This document shows, piece after piece, positions 54,210 to 64,000 of a DNA stretch of 64,000 nt (position 1 is the stretch's first letter; each line of letters begins with the position of its first letter). The DNA is from Lingula anatina (taxonomy: Eukaryota > Animalia > Brachiopoda): positions 29,841,967 through 29,905,966 of the forward strand of contig CM120640.1 in assembly GCA_051362555.1 (NCBI GenBank). The letters are read 5' to 3'. The translations under genes and the position numbers were made by a program. Under the pieces are notes generated by a model. The model saw only the letters and a program-made list of their open reading frames with translations, made no database searches and was not told where the DNA came from.

Positions 54210-55399
54210 TCGCGCACTGTGATTTCTCTCGCTGTGAAACAGTGAGTACGCCGAAAGAGAGCGCTAAAATCTGAAGTTAGTAATTAAATTGCAAAATATT
54301 TCAAGAGAATATGTGCAACATGTTTCCAATACTAGTTCTCTTTTTGAACCCTTCAGCGTCTCTAATACGACACTCTAGATTACAAACTATTTTGTAAAAA
54401 GAAGAATTTAGCAAAAGCATCCAATTTAAAAAGCAGATTCAAGTAAAGAAATATGACATTTGACGTTATTCTGGAGGTAGCGCATGGGTCATTTCAAAAT
54501 TAGTTCAACTATGTACCCCAGTTTTTGCGTGGAAGAAGGAAGGATAAATGTTTTTGCATTATGTGTGGAATATTGACAGGTTCTTTTACTGTCAAAGACT
54601 TTCTGCAAATAAATAAATTAATTAATTAATTAAACGATACTAATTAATCTTCATTAAAGGTGACATTCGTGTTGTGGTTGAGGTAAGTGGTTTAATTTTT
54701 GCGGGGGTAATTGTCAGCAAGGACCTGTGATAATAAGATACGTGGATGGGAAAGAAAAATATAACTGTTAACAAAAATATTACTATCCTATTTAACAAAT
54801 AAACCGCTCTTGTAACTATTTATTTTTCAGAAACCGAAGGGGGGGGTGTCATGACCCCCCCCTCTAAATCGCCACTGGTTTATAACTCGCCAATCCTCCA
54901 GTCATTTCAAGCGGTCAATACACTTCTTCAACACATATCATGCATCACATGATTATTTGACATGCCAGTACAACACTTTCTTACACAATTTTATCTTATA
55001 TAAGAATTTAAAGCCATGCATGTATTTTATTTCCTCGAGAAATGATATTTAGTAAAAACAACTTTTCATACGCAGTAATATTCTGACGTTTGTCTCGTCT
55101 CAACATGGTTGTGACGTCTACCACAGAATTGATGGAAATGTGCTAGATGTGACAAGCCGTTGGCCGCTGTAAATGCATATAGTAGGCCATAATAACCGAT
55201 TTTTAACCATTTACCTAAAATATCTTGTTAAAGGGTTTTTAAAGCGCGTCTTTTTGGTACTTCTGTTCCTCTTCTACTGATACGGATAGTTGAAAGTGTA
55301 ATATATACGCATAGTATATTCCTTTATGAAATTGTAATATAAAGTTTTTCATGAATCTCTCAAATGTAGTATGATTGTAAGGTATACTACCAAACACAC

Positions 55400-55725
55400 A
55401 GGACACGGTGCATTTTTCACGTGTGTCCTACATGTAGGACAAGACACCACACCACAAATTTCTTCATTGCTTGCGACGTACGTCTTGAGCACGCACGTCT
55501 CACTTGCGATCTCCTTGCGAGAGGAGCAATATACGCTTGCGCCTCGCTGTTCGAAGATTATTCGTAGAATCTTTTGGACATGTCTAATATTCTCCGTACG
55601 TGCTTACGGGCTGTCTACGAACTCCAAATTCGCAAAAAGGACTTGCGCGGCACGTGAGATTCTGCGTAAATTTAGACGCAAACAGGCCGTAAGAGCCCGT
55701 ACGGCCGGTTGTGACAGAGGCTTTA
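55400..55725. mobile_element. CpG-rich partial MITE with a PIF/Harbinger-like right end
   Basis: Abrupt CpG-rich stretch ending ...cgtacggccggttgtgacagaggc-tta. No matching left TIR found; left boundary approximate. Confidence 0.4.
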
Positions 55726-55996
55726 GAACTCGCTGGCCCAAAGTAAAAGGTCTCGAATAATTATCAAAATTGGGTAAACTTTTGCAGATTAATGTGATTT
55801 CGGAGGAGATGAAAGTCCTGGAATCATGATGAAGACAAATATTGAATATACTTGCTTCATCTTTGTAGTGCTTACATTTTATTTGTACCTTTGTCAGAAT
55901 ATTACTTCGTAGCTGCTACAGAGAGAAGCTATTTCTACATAAAATTAAAACTGCAAATGAGCAAAAAGCTTAATTTTTTGTGAAAGAAAAGTTTTT

Positions 55997-56000
<4 letters not shown>

Positions 56001-56031
<31 letters not shown>
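56001..56031. repeat. (TG)15 microsatellite
   Basis: Directly visible. Confidence 0.95.
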
Positions 56032-56034
<3 letters not shown>

Positions 56035-56508
56035 CTGTGTCAACATTATATTATATAAGTCTTTATTTGCCTCTCATATCGTTATTCTCCTACTAGTTAT
56101 AACGAGATAATAAAGATGAAGATAAATGTTCAGTGACTCAATAATATACAAAAAAAATCATTTATCATCCGAGTTCATGAAAGCGAGATCTGCAGCAAAG
56201 AGAAAAAGCCGTCTCCAAGACATCAGGCCGCCCCCTCCCCACCCACTCCACAATACCCTGTTTTCAGCACCAATTATACATAGACTGTCTCATTTCCAGA
56301 GTTCAGAACTGACGGTCAAATTCTGGTATTTGGATTTATTTCCTTTCATGCAGAAAACCTGATTAAAACCATTGGTTTGAATGAATAGTAATGAAAACAA
56401 CAGAGTGAAACCATTTCTGGCAATCAAGTTAACATTCGTAGCTGCTACATCAGTCTTTGAAGCTGAAAGGACATAAATATTTTTTGCGCTTTTTATTATG
56501 GTCATTTA

Positions 56509-56723
56509 GGGCGCATTCCCATAGATTTTAGATCGATCTCTCCCTGTGGGGAATCTCACTAGATTACTGTCAGATAATCCGGCTTAAATGTCCGTCCTGC
56601 CTACTACAAGCTGTAAGGTGGTAATTAACTTTCGTGCCCGCTCGGCTGACAGCTATTTAGCGTGAACCCCCAAGGGTGTTAGGTCGATCTAGTTGGATCG
56701 ATCTAATCTCTGGGAATGGGGTC
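56509..56723. mobile_element. MITE with ~28-bp TIRs (PIF/Harbinger-like)
   Basis: Left end gggcgcattcccatagattttagatcgatc matches the reverse complement of the right end, gaccccattcccagagattagatcgatc. Flanks are tta / ata. Confidence 0.7.
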
Positions 56724-57383
56724 ATAATTTGCATCAGTACTTGAATTACACGTAAGCTTACAGAAAAGGAGATCTAATAACAGAAGTCCAGAACCAGACA
56801 CACCCTTCCTCGTCTTAATACATGAATCTACACATTAATTGGGTCACAGACGGCAGCACTGGGAAAGTCCCATGCGTTTATTTTTTAACTGTAAAATATA
56901 TAAAATAAGAAATATTAAACGAACAATTATTTAGAGGAATTTTAATTTTGTTTTAACAAACACACATTTTATATGTCCCTTATGTAGAATACATATATCT
57001 AAACTACTATCTCTGTGTCAGTTATTGAGCTTATCTCACACATCTACGAGTTGCAGGAGATACAGGTATAACTAACAATGTAAATTACAATACCTTACGA
57101 CATTAAACGGAGGTGTAGATTGCCACTTTAAATGAAATTGGTGTCGGTAAATTACTCAAAATACAGAACATAGCACTCAAACTTGCACAAAAGTTTGCGA
57201 GCATCACGGAAAGATTATTGGGGAGGGGAGGGGGCGAGGGCCATACGTGCAAACTTACGTCTTAGAAACGTGCAAAATCCGTGGGATAATGCTCGCCTGC
57301 CACGCGGGCAGTCCGGTTTTAATTCCCAACCGATGCAAAATGTGTTAAACCGACATCAATTTGGAAAAAATGTTATGCGTGGT

Positions 57384-57736
57384 GTTGTTTACGTTGTTTG
57401 TTGTCCGTCGGCGCAACTACAGTATGTGAGTGCATGAGATGTCATACATGCGCGCACAACAACAACAAAAACAACTATCTACATGCAATTTGGTAACGTA
57501 TGTATCGGTAACGTATAAATAAGTCTTATTGCTGATGCATCTCTGAAGATCTACTTTACAGATGTCAAATATAATCCAAGCTTTCGGGCCCCTAGGCCTT
57601 CTTCGGGGATTATCATACGTTCCCGATTCATACGTTACCAAATTTCGCGCAGATTGTTGTTGTTGTTGTCGTTGTTGTTTACGTTGTTAGTTGTCCGTCC
57701 TTGCAACTATGTGTGTGCGTGAGACGTCATACATGC
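57384..57736. repeat. Composite repeat: ~65-bp direct repeats enclosing a ~65-bp inverted repeat
   Basis: Direct repeats at 57384-57451 and 57674-57736. Inverted arms at 57456-57521 and 57609-57678, with core aatttggtaacgtatg(t/a)atcgg matching at 21 of 22 bases. Confidence 0.8.
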
Positions 57737-57959
57737 ACTTATGTTTGTGTTTACGTCGGAATTTTTTTTTTAAATTTTCATACAGAGTTTAATATCCGTC
57801 GATTCATACATTACCTTTGTTTTTAATAACTGTTGGCTGCTTTCAACTTCTGGTGAGTCAACACCTATTTGTTTTACTGTATATTAGGTTACAATTAAAT
57901 AGAAACGGGACAAAAGATGGAAGTCGTCTTGTCTTTGTAAAAAATATCCACGTGACACA

Positions 57960-58148
57960 TAAAATTAGAATTTTGACTAGCTGAATCAGTTCTAAACCGT
58001 ATCAAATGGCACCGTTCGCTTTCTAAAATACCAAAAATTTTCAGGCCCCTTCATCGAGCCCCGAACCCAACGCCAAGATTTGGGAGGGGGGGCGCTTCGC
58101 ATCCGGGGCCCCTTCCCCCCCCTTCAAACAATCCTGGATCCGCCCCTG
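57960..58148 (+). mobile_element. Left-truncated third copy of the ...GGATCCGCCCCTG MITE
   Basis: Core and right terminus are homologous to 52125-52309. Confidence 0.75.
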
Positions 58149-59589
58149 GGTGCAATTACATAGTAGGTGCCAAACATAAAGCTTAGTTAGCTTGTGACCC
58201 ACCCTAAATGAATGGCTTAATTTTTGGGCCCACTCCTTTTAGTAGACTAAAAAATGTCCCCCCCCCCCCACACACACACTATGATGTGATTATCATTATC
58301 CCGATCCTCCCCATATCGAAGATTGTCGGCACACTCCATGGACCAAGCCCCTCTACTTCTTTCTATCAACTGGCATCCTCATGGCCTCTGTTAAACTTTT
58401 TCTTGTCCATATGTATGTTGGTTTTCCATCCAAACCTTGGCCAGCCACGTTTTCTCTTTATTGGGTCCCTTAGAAATGTTGATGTAAACAACTCTAATTT
58501 TTCCAATCGCAACTCAATAAAGATATATAGCAATTACTTTTTATAAGCACCTCAATATTAGGAATCGTTCGTTCATAAAAAGGAAAAAGGATATAGAATA
58601 GATATAAGTAAAGTAACAGTGTGTAGAAGGTAAATGTTGTCTGGATAGGGCATACCTGTACAAATGTAGAACACATGGGGGAGGGGGGAGGGGGGCATAG
58701 TCTCAGGCCCTTCTGGCTGTTACTAAATTCATCCCAGGAGCAGGGATATCGGATTCCCTGCCAGGAGCTCGAGCACAATTGGTTCGTAATTAGAAAAAAA
58801 AAAAAAAAAAAAAAAAAACTCTTGAGGAATACTTGATTTGGTAGCTTCAATTATATTTTACTATTATTAATATTATCAAATTGATTAAATAACAAAATAT
58901 AGATTAATCAAGATCACCACCTTTGAAATCTCTGGTTTGAGCATCACTTCCTGTCAGCTTTATTACTAAAGACAATCTAATTTGCATATAAGAGAAAAAA
59001 GGCCGTTTTTATCTTATGTTGGCTCCTTTACATATTTTTTTCATAATTTTTAAAAAGCAATGTTCCTTTTTCACTGACACATTTATAAATATTCTATCAA
59101 TATGTGTAATTTATTACTTATATAATCATAAAAAAGACACATTCCAGACGCGTATGACGTAATCTCTCCCAAGTCATAAAAGTAGTAAAATAGCGATTAT
59201 TCTCCCATACGATTATTGATTTTTTCTAACGTGGAACATTTTAGGGAGAGGATGAAGAGACAGAGAGGTCAAATAACCAAAAAAAATATTTGGAATGCCT
59301 AGAAGAACTGAAAGCAGAATATACTGCAAATTTAAGCAAAGTTTAAAAAAACAAGATCCATTCATTCAATTTTAGCGAGTACAAGTTTACAGATATTATG
59401 AGATCTTTGTATTTCATCTGCCTCTCCCTAAAATGGCGCTGACCGCGTTAACTCTTTCGCTCCCGGGAAACGCAGAGAATCCAGCGCCCTGTGGCAGCAT
59501 AAGACCCGACAACGATACCGGATACGTGCACACAGTAGCTGGGGTGGGTTAACCCCCCCCCTCCCCCAACACACATTTCCAACCACGTC

Positions 59590-59676
59590 AGTATTCAGCG
59601 GAGAGAGTGTTGTGGACTAACATTATATACCTTCCCTCAGCTCGAGGAAGAGAGTACCATGGACACTCAGTCTCAG
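59590..59676 (+). other. Candidate first exon (possible MDTQSQ start)
   Basis: CpG-richer upstream region, ccacgtca overlapping an Inr-like tcagt at 59588, accATGg at 59659 and a donor CAG|gtaaac. Confidence 0.3.
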
Positions 59677-60827
59677 GTAAACTGATTAGATATGTGCTCA
59701 GCAGTGAACTGAATGCAGTGGTCAGTGTCACTGGATATAAAAATCAGTGTGCGGAGAGGAACAGAAGAGCTTTTTTCGCCGGAACCACTTTTCCATCTTT
59801 TTGAAATCCACATATTCAGTTCTAAGTCGGCAGAACTGTTTACTTTTGAAATGCATTCTTTTATTTTGGTGAAAAAAAAAAAATCAAAATTTTAACCAGT
59901 ACACTAACACATGTAGCTGTATTGCCTGTGGATAGTGTCCAGGTAGATAGCAACAGTTTACACCTGATGACAGCATCCAGGTCTTGGAATAGATGTTATA
60001 ATTAGGAAATTTTGACATGATTATGTTTAAATATTTTGATGCAAGAATATCATTTTCTTTGCTTCAGGTATCGTACACATGTACACGTTGTATTTTGTTG
60101 AAAAGAAAAACTTATTTGATTTCTTTCTACAGAGGGTCAACTTAAATTTGACCTTGTTTAATTTATATTTATTGCTATATCAACAAAAAAATTGTAAACG
60201 GAGAAGTTATTTGCTTTTTAAATTAAAAAATTCAGGAAGTTGACTCTACATAGCAGCGTTGATGTTTGTGACAAAATGATAGATCTATGCAGATGTGTTG
60301 AATCCATTGTTTGCTCTGCAAAAAGAAATTAGTGCATGTTCTGTATCTAAAAAATAATGTCTTATTTTCAATAAATTGTTATAAATTTTGTAAAAGGTGC
60401 TGAAATGTCAAACTAATTATAAAGTGCAGAAAACTTCTATACAACGGCGCCTATACAATGGGCCAAAGTTGTAAGGGAAGAAAATCATTATGGTCACTTT
60501 ACCACCGTATAACACCAGATAGAACTTTGTCTCACATTGGTTTCTCTTGTTGTGTTAAAAAATGAGCATTTAAATAGCAATAATTGCTGTTTTATAATGG
60601 GAAGACATTGGAAATTGTGATTTCAACTGTTGTGGTTGTATTATACATAGGGACCATTCAGAATGAGAAGAGCCGAGTGCTAGCCAGGCCATGACCTAAA
60701 TATGGCAGACCTACATGAAAGGAAGACCGCTTAATCCTGTAATGGTCTCTCCACCTCTCACAGGCCTCCCCATGCATCGTCCCTGCAGGGCCACAGTAAT
60801 TTATTCTCGGTTCATTTCAACCAGTTA

Positions 60828-61148
60828 CAGTTGCATTATGGTAATACATTGAGCATTGTGACATCAACAATTGCAGTTGCATTATGGGAATACATTGAGC
60901 ATTGTGACATCAACAATTGCAGTTGCATTGTGGGAATACATTGAGCATTGTGACATCAGCAATTGCAGTTGCATTATGGGAATACATTGAGCATTGTGAC
61001 ATAAACAATAGCAGTTTCTTTATGGGAATACATTGAGCATTGTGACATCAACAATTGTAGTTGCATTATGGAGATACATTGACCATTTTAACATCAACAA
61101 CCGCTGCTGTATTTTGGTAAGAGATTGAACATTGAGACATCAGCAAGT
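60828..61148. repeat. 46-bp minisatellite, about 7 copies decaying to the right
   Basis: cagttgcattatgggaatacattgagcattgtgacatcaacaattg at 60828, 60874, 60920, 60966, 61012 and 61058, then a degenerate copy. Confidence 0.93.
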
Positions 61149-61261
61149 GCATGGTGTTATATATTATTAGGAATACATTGCTTTTCTCACTTGCTTATTA
61201 TATTATATTATTCAATCAGATTGTTTCTTTGAATTTATTATTTTTACTGTTTTATGTACAG

Positions 61262-61508
61262 ACACATCATGCCTGTATATGTAGCCATCACCTGTATCTG
61301 TTGTTGTTGTCCCCAATATTTCTGTCGTCGCTGTGCACTCACTGTCAACATGATATTATTAAGTGGAAAACTGGTAGATCTATTGTCTTCCTTCAAGCTT
61401 GCAGAACTGATGAACATTCGTGATATACAGGCAGAATTCGAAAACCGCCATGAGCCCACCAGTTTTTTCAAAAAATTTTTCACTTTTTTCAACATGTATG
61501 CAATACAG
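61262..61508 (+). CDS. Candidate coding exon of an unknown gene (hydrophobic, Cys-rich segment ITCICCCCPQYFCRRC)
   Basis: T-rich acceptor ttactgttttatgtacag| and donor CAG|gtaaca enclose a 247-bp stop-free frame HIMPVYVAITCICCCC...FFTFFNMYAIQ. No homolog recognised. Confidence 0.42.
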
Positions 61509-61920
61509 GTAACACATTTCATGGAAAACTGATAGTCCTTTTGTTTTCAAACTTACCAATGTTACTAGAATACAGGTTGAACCTGAAAATCCACTTATTC
61601 AAAATATTCTTCTGGAAGTAATGCTGATATATTTTTTTTCAGTATTTTTTATGCTGTATGCAACACTGACAATACACTTCAAGGAAATCCAATAATGTTG
61701 TCTTCAAACTTTCAGGAGTGATCAATATTATTTTAATGCTTTTTTTGCTTATATTATAATATATGCTGTACATATAACACATTTCAAACTAACAGGACTG
61801 ATTCAATAGTATTAACATACAGGCCAACTCTAAAATCAGCTTGATGGAACCATTTTTCTTGGATTTATGTGTTTTTTTTTGTTTTATTTCTCGGCATATA
61901 ATATATAGAGTAAAGATAAC

Positions 61921-62023
61921 AGAGATACACCCATAGTTACTATTGAACTTGAATAAGAAGACATATACTGGCAATCTAACTGTGATCTTAAAATTGACTT
62001 TTGACCTTCTTTTCTCCATGAAT
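61921..62023 (-). mobile_element. Inverted copy of the aggtcaaa(g/a)gtcaa interspersed repeat
   Basis: The reverse complement aligns with 45500-45598 and 44770-44849. Confidence 0.65.
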
Positions 62024-62346
62024 CACAGTTCACAAATTTGGATTTCAACTTTTACTCTACCCCATGATTTTGTTTTAAATTGTTATTTTCAATAAAAAAT
62101 ATCTAGAACTCTTGTTTATTATTGCATCAAAATTGACAAAATGACCTATTTTCTGCATCTTTATTTTCTGTTTTTTGTCTGTACATTTCAAAGCTTTGCT
62201 GCCTAGTTCTTGGTTTTCCATACTAATGTGCTTTCTCCAGCTGGTGGTACAATATCTGGAGGTGGTATCACCTCTCTAATCCTCTAGTTAAAAGAGTGTA
62301 TGTGTTTGTGTGTATATGTGTGGAAAATTCCATTTTTTTACATCAT

Positions 62347-62595
62347 GGTATTTTCAAAGTGTGACTATGAACTTCAGTGGGCCTGAAGACCTTAGCTAGT
62401 ATCATTTCTAAATACCTATCATCTGCAGCGCATCATTAAAATTGGTGGTGATTATGCTGTTAAGCTTTATGTAGTGTGGCATCAAAATTGAAGAAAACCC
62501 TTTTAAGTTTTTTGGGCACTGCCTCAGTAGTGGCCATTTAAGGTAAACCAAATACTTACTTATTCTCAAACCTACAGAAAGGAAACATACGGCTA
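62347..62595. repeat. Old dispersed repeat, copy 1
   Basis: Aligns with 63650-63895 (gtgtgact.tgaa...ggcctg.agacctt.gctagt...catcaaaatt...tttgggcactg...ccatttaagg). Weaker partial copy at ~62765-62915. Confidence 0.75.
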
Positions 62596-63649
62596 AAATA
62601 CAGCTTGTCACCATAAATGCAATAAAAGCAAAACAGTTACGTGTGTCTTATTTTTGAACTTATAAAAATTATACTTAGAATTGATGTGCAGCTCGAATTA
62701 GAGAATCGGAGAACTTGATTGGATTATTTATCTTGAATTTATGCATTTCTTGAGAAATTTTCATTTTTGCACATTAAATGTGTGAGTCTGCACTGTCATG
62801 GACCTGAAGTTGGTAATCTATTCTTAATATGTGTGTTACCTACAGTGCATAATTAAAATTTGGTGTTGGTTTTGCTGTTAAGCATTGTGTAATATTTCAT
62901 CAAAACTGACAGAATGTATCACAAATTCCTTTATGTTGCAGCCATTATTTTCAATCTACTGTCAAGTTTTAAAAATGGAAATAAACTCATATCATTGCAG
63001 TTTGTCAGATTCAATCATTCACTATGTTCAGAATCTCAGAATGGAGGAAATTGGACATTTAACACTGGAATATGTCGGAGACATTTAATATTTCATAGAC
63101 GATGTCAATAATTTCAAGTCATAACTTTTATTGTATTCTCTATAATACGTTGTGTCAATTTTGAAGAGGCTGAGTAGGGCTTGTTTACCTGTCGCATTAA
63201 GAAGCCAGTGATAAGGAAGTGTATGAAGCCATTGGCTGGAGTACGTACTAAAGGTTGTAATATTGAATAGAGAGTCAGAATGTACCTGAGCAGGCAACGA
63301 GTTCACATTAAACGATTGAAACTGGTCATTTTTGTCAGTGTGGATTTCCTCTGTAGCGTTTAGATGTAACGATTTCGACCGCGAATCTGGAAGGTCATAC
63401 TAGAGCGTTACCCTAACTAAAAGTGTCCAACGGTGTCCGTATTTCGAGCCTAATTCTAAATTACGTTTGTATCTAAATTTGCGCGGTTCCGGACACGTTT
63501 TCTGTTCTATTGATATTTTTCCCATCTCATCAATTTTCTTAGTTGGTCATATAAAAATGACAGTAAACTGTTAATTTTGTTTTATGTTAAAAAATTGTTA
63601 AAAATGGAAAAAAAAACATTTCAGAACAGTGCTGTCTTGTTTACATTTT

Positions 63650-63895
63650 GGCATTTTCAAGGTGTGACTTTGAAGTTCCATTGGCCTGGAGACCTTTGCT
63701 AGTCACATTTTCTGAATATCCATGATACTAATATTTTATTATTAAAAATTAATGGTCATTATACTGTTAAACATTATGTAATATTGCATCAAAATTTGAA
63801 GAAACCCCTATTTTGGGCACTGCTCCCATGATGACCATTTAAGGAAAACCATCTCACTTACTGTTCTCAAACTTCAGTAAAGAAACATGGGACTA
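63650..63895. repeat. Old dispersed repeat, copy 2
   Basis: Aligns with 62347-62595. Confidence 0.75.
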
Positions 63896-64000
63896 TATGT
63901 TGTTTGCTGTATCTGTAGAATTCACATTCCATACTTTATCAGAGCAAGAGTTTATTTTATTATCTTAGCAACGGAGGTTAGGTAAAACTGTAGTGTGAAT

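Noticed and set aside
55371-55760. 129-aa ORF
   Set aside because: It coincides with a CpG-rich MITE-like segment, with no domain or splice support.

Overview
Eukaryotic, AT-rich genomic DNA, probably from a marine invertebrate (inferred from repeat style, not shown). Bases 1-~44760 are one complex tandem array that continues beyond the left edge. It has 27 copies of a ~560-bp non-satellite segment, and each pair is separated by a variable run (mostly 3-7) of 193-197-bp satellite monomers, giving units of about 557+194n bp. Each segment contains a 286-bp cassette bounded on the minus strand by a polypyrimidine-CAG acceptor and a GTAA donor, so the array looks like one exon plus a VNTR intron amplified at least 27 times. 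Three copies carry an in-frame 48-bp deletion that removes both stop codons of the long frame. The last ~1.6 kb of the array is much more diverged. Bases ~44760-64000 hold a decayed intron-containing hAT transposase, a 5'-truncated L1/Tx1-type LINE with poly(A) and a 12-bp TSD, several MITE/foldback elements, minisatellites, a duplicated promoter-like module and two candidate + strand exons. I recognise no intact known protein gene, rRNA, tRNA or CRISPR array. Most ORFs in the track are repeat by-products. All alignments and counts were done by eye.
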